A stretch of 64,000 bases of DNA from Nitrosopumilus sp. (GTDB taxonomy: Archaea; Thermoproteota; Nitrososphaeria; Nitrososphaerales; Nitrosopumilaceae): positions 512,001 through 576,000 of the forward strand of contig OZ242220.1 of NCBI GenBank assembly GCA_965206745.1. The letters run 5' to 3'. This document shows, one piece after another, positions 10,332-19,866 of this stretch. A model generated the notes under the pieces. It was given only the letters and a program-made list of their open reading frames with translations, did not search any database and was not told where the DNA came from. The position numbers were made by a program, and so were the translations under genes. Position 1 is the stretch's first letter; the number at the start of each line of letters is the position of its first letter.

Positions 10332-10931
10332 ATGATTCAAACAATGTTGCTTTTTTCAAAGTGTATTAAGGGTATAACATTCAATAAAAGAATGTCACTT
10401 TCAAGTTCAAAACTTAGATCAGAGATAAAAATTCAAAACACTGTAACCACGGCAGATCTCAAGCAGGAGATAAATCTGACATCTTTTAACAAACACAAAC
10501 ATCTTAGCTCAAATCTAGAACTATACAGATGTGGCTATGTTAAAGATGACACCATGACAGGCAGAGTTACCGTCTTTAGAACCGGAAAACTCATCTCAGT
10601 TGGAACAAAAAGTCCAGGGCAGGCAAAAAAAGAGCTAGCCAAAGCATGTAAGATACTACAGAAATACAAGATTGCAAAACCTGTTAAAATTACTCCACAA
10701 ACAAGAAACATTGTATCAAGATTTGACATGAAGAAAAAATTACCAATAGAAAAACTTGCAAGAACACTGCCAAAATCCATGTATGAGCCAGAACAGTTTC
10801 CTGGACTGATTTATAGAATTCAGGGCAGCTGTGTTGCCCTGATATTTGCATCAGGAAAAGGAGTCATTGCAGGAGCAAAGTCAATAGAGGAAACAAATGC
10901 GGCATTCTTTGATGTAAAATCACGGCTCTAG
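10332..10931 (+). CDS. tbp: TATA-box-binding protein paralog 1 (true start probably MSLSS, ~10392)
   Basis: Two TBP repeats: IQNTVTTADL..VFRTGKLISVGTKS and RNIVS..YEPEQFPGLIYR..LIFASGKGVIAGAKS. Confidence 0.88.
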   Translation: MIQTMLLFSKCIKGITFNKRMSLSSSKLRSEIKIQNTVTTADLKQEINLTSFNKHKHLSSNLELYRCGYVKDDTMTGRVTVFRTGKLISVGTKSPGQAKKELAKACKILQKYKIAKPVKITPQTRNIVSRFDMKKKLPIEKLARTLPKSMYEPEQFPGLIYRIQGSCVALIFASGKGVIAGAKSIEETNAAFFDVKSRL

Positions 10932-11011
10932 CATAAAATACAAAAATAAAACAACTAGAACCATATCCTAAAACTATGGCACAAAAATAGAAATTATGCA
11001 ACAAATATCCG

Positions 11012-11935
11012 TTGACTACCTATCCTACATCTAGAGCGACTATCTTGTTTGAGGAGTCAATAAAGTCAAAGTACACCAAAAAGAACTACACGTCACACCT
11101 TAACCAATTCCTGAGATTTGCAGATATGCATTCTGAGAACCAACTGCTGAAAATACCTCATATGGAACTGCAGTACAAGCTAGAAAATTACCTAATAGAG
11201 TTAAAACATACCACAAACCCCAATTCAATATCGTCAAGGTTTCAGGGGATAAAGCACTTTTGTATTATGAACGAGATCAACCTCAACTGGAATATCATAC
11301 ACAAGATGTTCCCGCAAAGACAGAAAACCCAGAGTCTGCGTTCGTACACTTGCAAGGAAATCAGAGAGTTGTTATCTTGTGCAAAAAGTCTGCGTGATAC
11401 AGCCTTGATTCATTTTTTGGCATCGACTGGTGCAAGAATAGGAGTGTTTGATAATGTACTGTCAATGAAACATCTCAGAAAAATATCACACGGTTGCAAT
11501 GCCGTCAAGGTCTATGCAGGACAAGTTGAGGAATATTGGGTTTTTCTTACACCTCAGGCCTCAAGGGCATTGAATGTTTATCACAAATATCGTAAGCAGC
11601 ATGGTGAGATGTTTTGTGAAGACACTCCAATCTTTGCTATAATGAGTGCATCCCATGGACAGCTGGGATGGAGTGGTGCAAGATCTGCAGTATACAGAAC
11701 AGTCTCAAGAAGCAACATAAGACAAGATAAACAAGATAGTAGATATGATGTGCAGGTGGACCACGGATTCAGAAAGAGATTCAACACTATTCTAAAACTG
11801 GATAATTCTGTAAACTATAACATTGCCGAAAAGCTAATGGGACACAAGAATGGACTTGATGGTGTATATCTGACTCCTACTCTAGATGAACTCTTTGTGG
11901 AATTTAGAAAAGTGATGCATAAAATTGAGGTTTAA
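11012..11935 (+). CDS. Tyrosine recombinase/integrase
   Basis: Catalytic residues intact: STGARIG (R), HGFRKRF (HxxR), LMGH, GVY (Tyr nucleophile). Confidence 0.92.
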   Translation: MTTYPTSRATILFEESIKSKYTKKNYTSHLNQFLRFADMHSENQLLKIPHMELQYKLENYLIELKHTTNPNSISSRFQGIKHFCIMNEINLNWNIIHKMFPQRQKTQSLRSYTCKEIRELLSCAKSLRDTALIHFLASTGARIGVFDNVLSMKHLRKISHGCNAVKVYAGQVEEYWVFLTPQASRALNVYHKYRKQHGEMFCEDTPIFAIMSASHGQLGWSGARSAVYRTVSRSNIRQDKQDSRYDVQVDHGFRKRFNTILKLDNSVNYNIAEKLMGHKNGLDGVYLTPTLDELFVEFRKVMHKIEV

Positions 11936-12044
11936 TCTTTTTTCTTTTAATTCAACCATTTATTGATATGGGACTATTTGAATCAAAAGTCCAAATATTC
12001 TTTCTCAAGAAAAGATATAATTTACAGATGAAATTATCTACAAA

Positions 12045-12878
12045 ATGGCAAAACTTATTTGTACTCTAAAAGAATTTACATATTTTATCGATCCAAGAGT
12101 AAGGAATAATGTTGCCACCATGACAAAACGATCAAAAAATCTCCTAGATTACAAATGTCAAAAATGCAATGAAAAAAAAGAATTAGATGCAGCCCATAAA
12201 CATGGGAGCAGCAGACCTGAGATTATTCGTAATGTTTTAAATAATTACAAAACAAATGATGATGAATATGAAATTGATGATTTGCAGAAAATAATCGATG
12301 AAATCAATGTAGCTCACACTCCCATTGAAGATCACTTTATATTTTTATGCAAAACATGTCACCGAGAATACGATTCATGGACACGGAATCTCGTCAACAC
12401 ACAACTTGAAGATGGCAATAGTAAAAAATCCTACAACATACAACCAAATAAATCACAAGAATCAAAGATACTCACAAATCTAGGTGATAATAACAATCCT
12501 GCTGAAATTTTATTCAAGGATGAGACCCGGAGTTGGAAATACAAGCTTGGTTGGACATCAATCCAAAATAGAAAAAATATCGAAGAACTAATTTCTAAAA
12601 TAGAAGCAAATTTTGATTGCTATCCGATTGCCCGCAATTCATGGTATTATTATAAACGAAATGACAACGACAAACAATTCTCAGCAATAAAAACCAACAT
12701 AAATGATTCAGAGATATGTTTTAGAATAGAACCTCTCTCTTTTGACATTAAGGATCCAAGAATAATTCATGGTAAGAGGTGGTTTTTTCCAGAAGGCAAA
12801 GAAAGAAAAATCAAGATCATCCCAGAAAACTATGAATTAATTTTGAAATGTTTGGATTATTCATACAAAATATCTTGA
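12045..12878 (+). CDS. HNH-type endonuclease with uncharacterised C-terminal domain
   Basis: CQKC..LDAAH..LCKTCHREYD is a Zn-binding HNH pattern. Confidence 0.62.
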   Translation: MAKLICTLKEFTYFIDPRVRNNVATMTKRSKNLLDYKCQKCNEKKELDAAHKHGSSRPEIIRNVLNNYKTNDDEYEIDDLQKIIDEINVAHTPIEDHFIFLCKTCHREYDSWTRNLVNTQLEDGNSKKSYNIQPNKSQESKILTNLGDNNNPAEILFKDETRSWKYKLGWTSIQNRKNIEELISKIEANFDCYPIARNSWYYYKRNDNDKQFSAIKTNINDSEICFRIEPLSFDIKDPRIIHGKRWFFPEGKERKIKIIPENYELILKCLDYSYKIS

Positions 12879-13041
12879 TGTATTATTTCAGATAGAATTA
12901 CCCAATTATCAATTTGAATAGAAGATGAGGTATCTAGTGGATAAATTCAGATTTGTAAAAAATCCTCTAAAAACGAAAATATTGATTAATATTTCCATGT
13001 TGTAGTTGGTTTTTGATCCTAATAGAGAATTATGCTTGTAT

Positions 13042-14340
13042 CTATGTCTCTATAACTTGACCGAACTGTAACTTTATAGTTACAGTTAATCTCATGCATA
13101 AAATTATGATGATTATGAATTGTATACAATTTATTGCGTCAACTCCTGACAGGATTGACGCAATTTTTTGTTGTTCTGGTAGATATTTTGGAACGAGTAT
13201 TAACATTTTTTTAATTTCAGTCTTACTAATTTCTAGAAAAGTTGTTCCATATGATAATCGGATTAGGGTATTTTTATTGTTACATAATAAATAAAAAATG
13301 AATAAATTATCAAATTTATTATTACAAATTATATTTTGAAAACCTTGATTGGTAGATATTGGGTTGGCAGTTATTGCACATTCTCCAATAGTTGCTCTAG
13401 AAGTGAGTAAAATTGTACCTTTTGGTAATAATTTAGCTGAACTATCTTTTAATCCTTTTTCTGTAATCTTTCTTTCAGTATTATTAATGTAAGTTGTTTG
13501 TAACTTTGTAATATCTGTTGGAACCGCCCACAATATATTCCCATTCCAGTATTCTTTATTTTTAGAATTTGGTGTGCCACCACTGACTATTTCTCCTATA
13601 TTATCAAGCTTTGTTATTTTCCATTCTTCTGGAATTTCAATCTCTTTTCTAAATAATCCTTTAACTTTCTTAAACTTTGTATGTCTAATTCCTCTAGCCA
13701 ATAATTCTTGCATCAATCCTTTCTTTAATCGTCCAGCTTTATCCACAACTTGTTGTGTATTTTGTATCAATGCGTCAACATTAGAAAGAATTGATGCAAT
13801 TTTTTGTTGTTCGTTGATAAGAGGTAATAAAATTGGCATAATGGAATATTGTTTTGCATTAACATTGGGTTGAACTCCCCATGTTTGTATCGATAATAAC
13901 CATGCCCAATAAAATTTTGAATGTGTTAAATAAAAAAGAAATTTAGAATCAAGATTTTTATTGTCAGGTTTAAAACGAATTAGATATCCTGCAAATGCAC
14001 ATGTTTCATTACTTTCTTGATGAAGATATGTTTTGCCAACTGTTGCGCCAGTTCTTGCAAATAGAATATCTCCTTCATATAAAATATAATCTTGAGCATC
14101 TTCTTCGGATATTGATTTCCATTCTGAATATCTTAATGTTCCATTATCATTTAGATCTGTGATACGTATGTATCGAGGTAATTTTAGATTTTTTTCTATT
14201 GCTGACACAGATACACCATATTCAGCTTTACCAATACAATTTTCAGATAATGTTGTTTTCTTCCATTCTTCTGGAATCTCCATCACTTTTCCAAAAATCC
14301 ATTTTAGTAACTTGTAACCTTGTCTTGGTTTTCTAGCCAT
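13042..14340 (-). CDS. hsdS: Type I specificity subunit HsdS-A, with a non-homologous C-terminus (putative donor allele)
   Basis: Likely start MARKPRQG at 14340; two TRDs. After KIASILSGVDA the sequence runs into INCIQFIIIII.. instead of the conserved ..LKKGLMQKLLTG helix. Confidence 0.9.
   Translation of the reverse strand: MARKPRQGYKLLKWIFGKVMEIPEEWKKTTLSENCIGKAEYGVSVSAIEKNLKLPRYIRITDLNDNGTLRYSEWKSISEEDAQDYILYEGDILFARTGATVGKTYLHQESNETCAFAGYLIRFKPDNKNLDSKFLFYLTHSKFYWAWLLSIQTWGVQPNVNAKQYSIMPILLPLINEQQKIASILSNVDALIQNTQQVVDKAGRLKKGLMQELLARGIRHTKFKKVKGLFRKEIEIPEEWKITKLDNIGEIVSGGTPNSKNKEYWNGNILWAVPTDITKLQTTYINNTERKITEKGLKDSSAKLLPKGTILLTSRATIGECAITANPISTNQGFQNIICNNKFDNLFIFYLLCNNKNTLIRLSYGTTFLEISKTEIKKMLILVPKYLPEQQKIASILSGVDAINCIQFIIIIILCMRLTVTIKLQFGQVIET
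13135..13167 (-). repeat. Distal inverted repeat, left copy (33 bp; partner 24921-24953)
   Basis: Reverse complement AAAATTGCGTCAATCCTGTCAGGAGTTGACGCA matches 24921-24953 at 32/33 positions. Confidence 0.92.
13699..13812 (-). repeat. Central inverted repeat, left copy (114 bp; partner 24288-24401)
   Basis: Base-by-base comparison gives 114/114 identity to the reverse complement of 24288-24401, with mismatches immediately outside. Confidence 0.96.
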
Positions 14341-14347
14341 AATTGAT

Positions 14348-14890
14348 TTATTTAAGCAACCCATTTAATCTTTGAATTATCTCAAAAGAGGCAGTGTTTA
14401 ACTCATTTGCAGATTTTGCACCTATGATTACAATTTTTCCTGATGCAAAAACAAGACAGCTACAACTATCCAATCCTTTTACTATCATACCTGGAAATGT
14501 TTCAGGATCATACACTACACCATCCATCTTTGTTGATATGATGTCAATCGGTATTGCTTTACCTGTTGTAACTGTAGCTACAATATTTCTAATCTTTGTT
14601 GATAATGTTACATTTTTTATCATGTTGTGTTCTAACAGATGGAATTTAGATTGGTTTAACTGCTCTTTTGCCCTTTTAATTGACTTTGCGCCAACTGATA
14701 TCATCTTACCACTTAGAAAAATAGTAACACGACCATCCATTTCAGGTATTTTGACATATCCGCATCTACCACCATATATTGCCTCATCATAAATACAACA
14801 AGGGATTTTTACAAATTTTAATATGTCTACTTTTTGCTTTAAATCTGCAGTACATACAACATTGTGAATTTTGGGTTTTAGATTCAACAA
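14348..14890 (-). CDS. tbp: TATA-box-binding protein paralog 2 (probable TTG start at 14890 or 14887)
   Basis: IHNVVCTADL..IFLSGKMISVGAKS and IRNIVAT..YDPETFPGMIVK..VFASGKIVIIGAKS; ends 7 bp before the hsdS-A start. Confidence 0.88.
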   Translation of the reverse strand: MLNLKPKIHNVVCTADLKQKVDILKFVKIPCCIYDEAIYGGRCGYVKIPEMDGRVTIFLSGKMISVGAKSIKRAKEQLNQSKFHLLEHNMIKNVTLSTKIRNIVATVTTGKAIPIDIISTKMDGVVYDPETFPGMIVKGLDSCSCLVFASGKIVIIGAKSANELNTASFEIIQRLNGLLK

Positions 14891-14954
14891 AACAGAACAC
14901 TTTGCGGCTCTTAAATATCCCTCATTTTTGATAAAATATTTAGATGATGTAAAT
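14891..14954. promoter_or_regulatory. Putative divergent promoter between tbp2-hsdS-A and hsdR
   Basis: 64-bp gap with TATA-like boxes about 25 bp from each start: ATATTTAAG on the minus strand (14910-14918) and TTTGATAAAA on the plus strand (14927-14936). Confidence 0.4.
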
Positions 14955-17900
14955 ATGTCAAAACTATTGGATTTTAATGTAGGTACAGGTGATGAGGCAG
15001 AACAATCAGAGATCCCAGCACTAGAACAGCTAGTCAAAATGGGATATCAATATATTTCAAAAAATGACCTAAAAAGAGAACGAAGAAAAACAACCGAAGT
15101 CTTATTGTATGACAGATTAAATAATGCAATTAAAAGAATCAATCCTCAACTAGATTCAGATGGAATCGATGATGCAGTAAATCAGATCAAAGAAGATACA
15201 TTTCCATTTACATATGATACAATGAATACTAATGAAAAGATTCGAGCTAAATTAATTGGATTGTCTCAAACAGGAGGACTGGAACCAATAACAGTTGATC
15301 AACATGATAAAAACAGGACCATAAAAAAGACTGTAAAACTTTTTGATTTTGATGATATAGATAACAATGATTTTATTGTTACAAATCAATTTGAATTGCA
15401 GGGACTCAAAAATCTAATATATCCCGACATTGTTTTATTTGTAAATGGCATTCCATTAGTTATCATAGAATGCAAATCACCATTTAGAAGAAATTGGTTA
15501 GTTGATGCAGTAGAAAAAGAAAATTTCAATAAATATCGTTCTAGAGGAGCAGGTTATGAAAAACTAATGTTCTACAATCACATTCTAGTTGCAACTTGTG
15601 GCACACAAGCAAGACATGGAACAATATCGTCAGATTTAAATCATTTTCAAAATAGCAGATGGTCAAGCGCATATCCATTAACTGAAAAAGAGATTGAAGA
15701 AAAATTTGGAAAAAACAGAGAACAAGAGATTTTAATTGCAGGAATGCTTGACAAATCCCATCTTTTGGATTTACTAAAAAATTATGTACTTTATCAAACA
15801 GTTAACAACAAGCGAATCAAAATTATTGCAAAACATCAACAATATAGAGCAGTCAGAAAATGTGTTGAAAAAATTAAAACTGCAAACACCAGACAAGGAG
15901 GAATTATCTGGCACACTCAGGGTTCAGGAAAATCCTTTACAATGCTGTGGGTTGCAAGGCAGGCAATAGAATATGATAATTTGCCTCTAGTCATAGTCAC
16001 AGACAGGCGTCAATTAGATAAACAAATCCACACTACTTTTACACAAGTTGGATTCCCAAATCCAATAAAGGCATACAAATCAGCACAACTTGCAGATTTT
16101 ATAAAATCACCAAAGGGTAAAACCATGATGACTACAATTCAAAAATTTGAGGAAATTAGTGAATCTACAGATGAGAAAATTATCGTTCTAGTGGATGAGG
16201 CACATCGGTCACAGTTTGGAATCGATGCAGGTGCAATGGATAAAGCAATTCCAAATGGGATTTACTTTGGGTTTTCTGGAACTCCAATTGATAACAAAGA
16301 TAAATCCGTATATCGAGTATTTGGTGATCTAATAGACAAATATGGATTTGAAGAATCAAAAGCAGATGGTGCTACCATCCCGATAAGATATGTTGGACGA
16401 TTGCCAAATCTCTTTGTCGAAGATGATGAATCTATCGATATCTTATTTGATAGAATTATTGGTTCTGAACCAAACATGACGCCAGAACTAAAAGAACAGC
16501 TAAAAAAAGAATATGTGAATAAAGATAAAATTATACAAGCTCCTCAAAGGATTAAAAAAATTGCATTGGATATTGTAGAGCATTACACTAATAACATTCA
16601 AGATAATGGCTACAAGGCAATGATTGTGGCATCATCACAAGAATCTGCAGTACTATACAAAGAAGAATTAGATCGCCTCAATGCTCCGCCATCAAAAATC
16701 ATCATGGATCAAAGGATTGGCAAGACAGGAAAAGATGGAACAAGTTGGGATGTCCATTATCTAACCGATTCTCAAAAAAGACAAATAGAAGATTCTTTCA
16801 AAAATCCAGATAATGAGATTAAAATTTTGATAGTTGTTGATATGTTGCTAGTTGGATTTGATGCACCGATAGTCAAAGTGATGTATCTTGATAAATCCCT
16901 CAAAGAGCATGCACTACTTCAGGCAATTGCACGTGTAAACAGGTCATATGATGAATGGAAAGAAGAGGGATTGATTGTAGATTATTATGGCATAACTAAG
17001 AATATTCAAAAAGCATTAGAAACTTTTGATCCAAAAGATATCAAAGGAGCTTGGGAATCTGATGACTCGCAACTAGATATACTAAAAATATATCATACAC
17101 AAACAATGAATTATCTCAAAGGATTAGATAAAAACAAACCGGAACAAATCATAGAAGCATTTGAATCCATTGATAAAAGAGAGGCATTTGAGGATTATTT
17201 TAAAAAATTTTCCAAAGTTCTAAATTCACAATTATATAAAACGGAATCATCTCAATACATTTCTGATTTTAAGGAATTGAGTAAGATCAGAGCATTGTTG
17301 AGAAACTGGTATGAGAATCCAAAAAATTCTACTCGAAAATATGCTGTGATGATTCAGAAATTAATTGATGATGCAATAGGAGCAACTGGTGTTTCTGAAC
17401 TTGTAAAACCAATGGAAATAACATATGATAATTTCTTAGCATATGTCTTAAAATTTAAATCTTCAAGAGCTAGAACTGCACTTATTAAAAATAAAGCAGA
17501 GCAAGTGATTATGGAAAATTACTCCCATAATCCAGTATATTATGAAAAATTGCGGGAATTACTTAAACGATTAATCTCAGAAGAAAAACAAAGAAGAGAA
17601 GAGAATGCGGAGTATGTTGATTCAACCATGGAGGAAAAATTCAAGGAAATTTATAATAAAGCATTAGATATAGAAAAAGAAAGAAAAAATCTTGGGTTTG
17701 ATAGAGACATAGAATTTTCAATATATGGATTAATTAAAGAATATAAAAAAGATAAGAATAAATCAATTGAAATTACAAAGAGATTATCTGAAAAAATATT
17801 ACCTGAGACAGAAATTATTGAATGGCATCATAAATTAAGCATCAAACGAAAGATTGAAAAAATCACATATGATATTCTAGATTCATTTGGTATTGTGGAT

Positions 17901-17960
17901 GAAGATATATCAAAATTATCGGAAAAGATTTTAACATTGCTCAATTGTGATAACTTGTGA
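14955..17960 (+). CDS. hsdR: Type I restriction endonuclease subunit R
   Basis: YPDIVLFVNGIPLVIIECK nuclease motif, WHTQGSGKS, DEAH, QAIARVNR. ATG at 14955 preferred because it avoids overlap with tbp2. Confidence 0.96.
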   Translation: MSKLLDFNVGTGDEAEQSEIPALEQLVKMGYQYISKNDLKRERRKTTEVLLYDRLNNAIKRINPQLDSDGIDDAVNQIKEDTFPFTYDTMNTNEKIRAKLIGLSQTGGLEPITVDQHDKNRTIKKTVKLFDFDDIDNNDFIVTNQFELQGLKNLIYPDIVLFVNGIPLVIIECKSPFRRNWLVDAVEKENFNKYRSRGAGYEKLMFYNHILVATCGTQARHGTISSDLNHFQNSRWSSAYPLTEKEIEEKFGKNREQEILIAGMLDKSHLLDLLKNYVLYQTVNNKRIKIIAKHQQYRAVRKCVEKIKTANTRQGGIIWHTQGSGKSFTMLWVARQAIEYDNLPLVIVTDRRQLDKQIHTTFTQVGFPNPIKAYKSAQLADFIKSPKGKTMMTTIQKFEEISESTDEKIIVLVDEAHRSQFGIDAGAMDKAIPNGIYFGFSGTPIDNKDKSVYRVFGDLIDKYGFEESKADGATIPIRYVGRLPNLFVEDDESIDILFDRIIGSEPNMTPELKEQLKKEYVNKDKIIQAPQRIKKIALDIVEHYTNNIQDNGYKAMIVASSQESAVLYKEELDRLNAPPSKIIMDQRIGKTGKDGTSWDVHYLTDSQKRQIEDSFKNPDNEIKILIVVDMLLVGFDAPIVKVMYLDKSLKEHALLQAIARVNRSYDEWKEEGLIVDYYGITKNIQKALETFDPKDIKGAWESDDSQLDILKIYHTQTMNYLKGLDKNKPEQIIEAFESIDKREAFEDYFKKFSKVLNSQLYKTESSQYISDFKELSKIRALLRNWYENPKNSTRKYAVMIQKLIDDAIGATGVSELVKPMEITYDNFLAYVLKFKSSRARTALIKNKAEQVIMENYSHNPVYYEKLRELLKRLISEEKQRREENAEYVDSTMEEKFKEIYNKALDIEKERKNLGFDRDIEFSIYGLIKEYKKDKNKSIEITKRLSEKILPETEIIEWHHKLSIKRKIEKITYDILDSFGIVDEDISKLSEKILTLLNCDNL

Positions 17961-18652
17961 TTAAAAAAATAAAATATCTTGATTCTGTGATAGAATATGA
18001 CTTAATCAAAAGTAAACGTAGAAAGACATCACAAATCACAATTACACCTGATAAAATAACGATAAGAACACCAGATACGAAATCTTCAGCAGATGTAGAA
18101 AAAATTGTACAAAAAAAGGCACAATGGATATTTAAAAAACAATTACATTTTATTGGACAAAAAAAACCAGTTTTTTCATTAAAATCGCTTTTACTAATTT
18201 ACGGCAAAAATTACAAAATCAAGATTATTCCCAACAATACGGAAAAAACATGTCTGAATGGAGATGTTATAGAATTTCACATATCACAAAAGAAATACAA
18301 TACAAAGCAGATCAAAGCACAGTATGATGCATATTTGAGGAAAAAAGCGTACGTATTGTTTCCAAAATGGACCAAAGTATTAGCAGAAAAAATTGATGTG
18401 CATCCAACCAAAATCAACATCAAAGAGCTCCGAGGTAGATGGGGAAGTGCTACTGCTACAGGTGCGATCAATCTTAATTCCAATCTGATAAAGGCTCCAA
18501 AAAAGATCATCAGATATGTTATTTTTCATGAATTATGTCATTTTAAAATCAAAGAACATTCACATCATTTTTGGAATCTAATGGGACAACATATGCCTGA
18601 ATATAAGGAATCAATAAAATGGTTAGAAGCAAATGGAATCAAAATCAGTTAA
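17957..18652 (+). CDS. YgjP/DUF45 (M48-like) zinc metallopeptidase-family protein
   Basis: RWGS, HELCH (HExxH), HSHHFW; GTGA overlap with hsdR. This family commonly follows type I hsdR. Confidence 0.88.
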   Translation: MIKKIKYLDSVIEYDLIKSKRRKTSQITITPDKITIRTPDTKSSADVEKIVQKKAQWIFKKQLHFIGQKKPVFSLKSLLLIYGKNYKIKIIPNNTEKTCLNGDVIEFHISQKKYNTKQIKAQYDAYLRKKAYVLFPKWTKVLAEKIDVHPTKINIKELRGRWGSATATGAINLNSNLIKAPKKIIRYVIFHELCHFKIKEHSHHFWNLMGQHMPEYKESIKWLEANGIKIS

Positions 18653-18679
18653 GATGTATTTTTGATGCTAAAATAGTAT

Positions 18680-19790
18680 GATATCGTCTATTCAAAAACC
18701 AAATACAAAAATGTATTCCACAAAGAAAAAGATAACAAGGTTGTTCAGAAAATGCTTACAATGTACATGGTATTGAAAGAAAAAAATGACATATGAAAAG
18801 ACAGATCATATACTTATGCATTCTTCTGATGGAGTATCCATATGGGTACAAAGAGGATCGTCTTTATGCCTTCGTAGAGGAGAGATCTTCCATGAATTAA
18901 TAGGTCTCCATAGATATCATATACAAAACTTAACAAGATAATGCACCCTAACGAATTTTTGTTCATCAGTTTATCACACATCAAATCTTGACGGAAATAA
19001 ATATGCGTGATTATTTTTACCAGTAATCCAAACACATGTTTTTTAATCATCAGTTAATCATATTGTTAGTTATTGATAATATGAGTTAAAAAAATTACAG
19101 TTCTTTTATTCAATGGCTTCAAGCTACCTGTCAGATTACAAACGATCTTGACCTGCAAATCATATCTCATCACACCACACTACAAAAGACAGCGGCAAGA
19201 ATAAATGAAAAGATACTATACATGGTAATAAAACGATTCATCAATCATGTATATGCAAGAGAAATATTTGGAATTGATATATTTGGAATTGAGACAGGCC
19301 GTGCAATAAAACATTATTCATGGAGGGTTCAAAATCAGATATATATTTATCAAGGCATATCTCTATGTTCTGACATATCAACCCAGATTGTCTGCACTAC
19401 AATTGTAGATAATCACCAGTATCTCATGACGTCAAACATGTTTCTTCATCGCTATCAAAAATACATCCTCACAAATTAGTAAAGCCAATGATACCTGACA
19501 AGGGAATAGGATTCAGAATTAATCCACAAATTGATACTCAGTAACAGCATACATTCTGTAATTCCTGTAAGAAGCAGGACAAACAGGGTCAGCAAGGTAA
19601 AAAAGACATGCAGAAAAGAGATGTATCGAAAATTTGAAAAAGAGACATATTTTCAGAGAAATTAAAAAGAGTTGTCTTTTCGGTAATAAAGAGAATGTTT
19701 GATCAAAGATTCTTTCATGTAATGAATCTTAGATAGTAAAAGAAACACCACATAAAATATTGGTCTATAACTGTCACAGAATATACCTGA
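18680..19790 (+). pseudogene. Degraded IS4/IS5-type DDE transposase
   Basis: Frameshifted fragments: GIDIFGIETGRAIKHYSWR (IDSTG-like), HDVKH, DKG/DSE, IHSVIPVR, YFQRN*..FSVIKRMF. Limits approximate. Confidence 0.65.
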
Positions 19791-19866
19791 TCGTAAATTT
19801 AGAGATGATTTCTATATTGTCGATCTAACTAAATCTATATTACTTGAAGACTATCATAGTTATTAG

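Noticed and set aside
14871-15037. Head-to-head overlap of hsdR and tbp2
   Set aside because: An artefact of longest-ORF calling; starts at 14955 and ~14890 leave a 64-bp intergenic gap.
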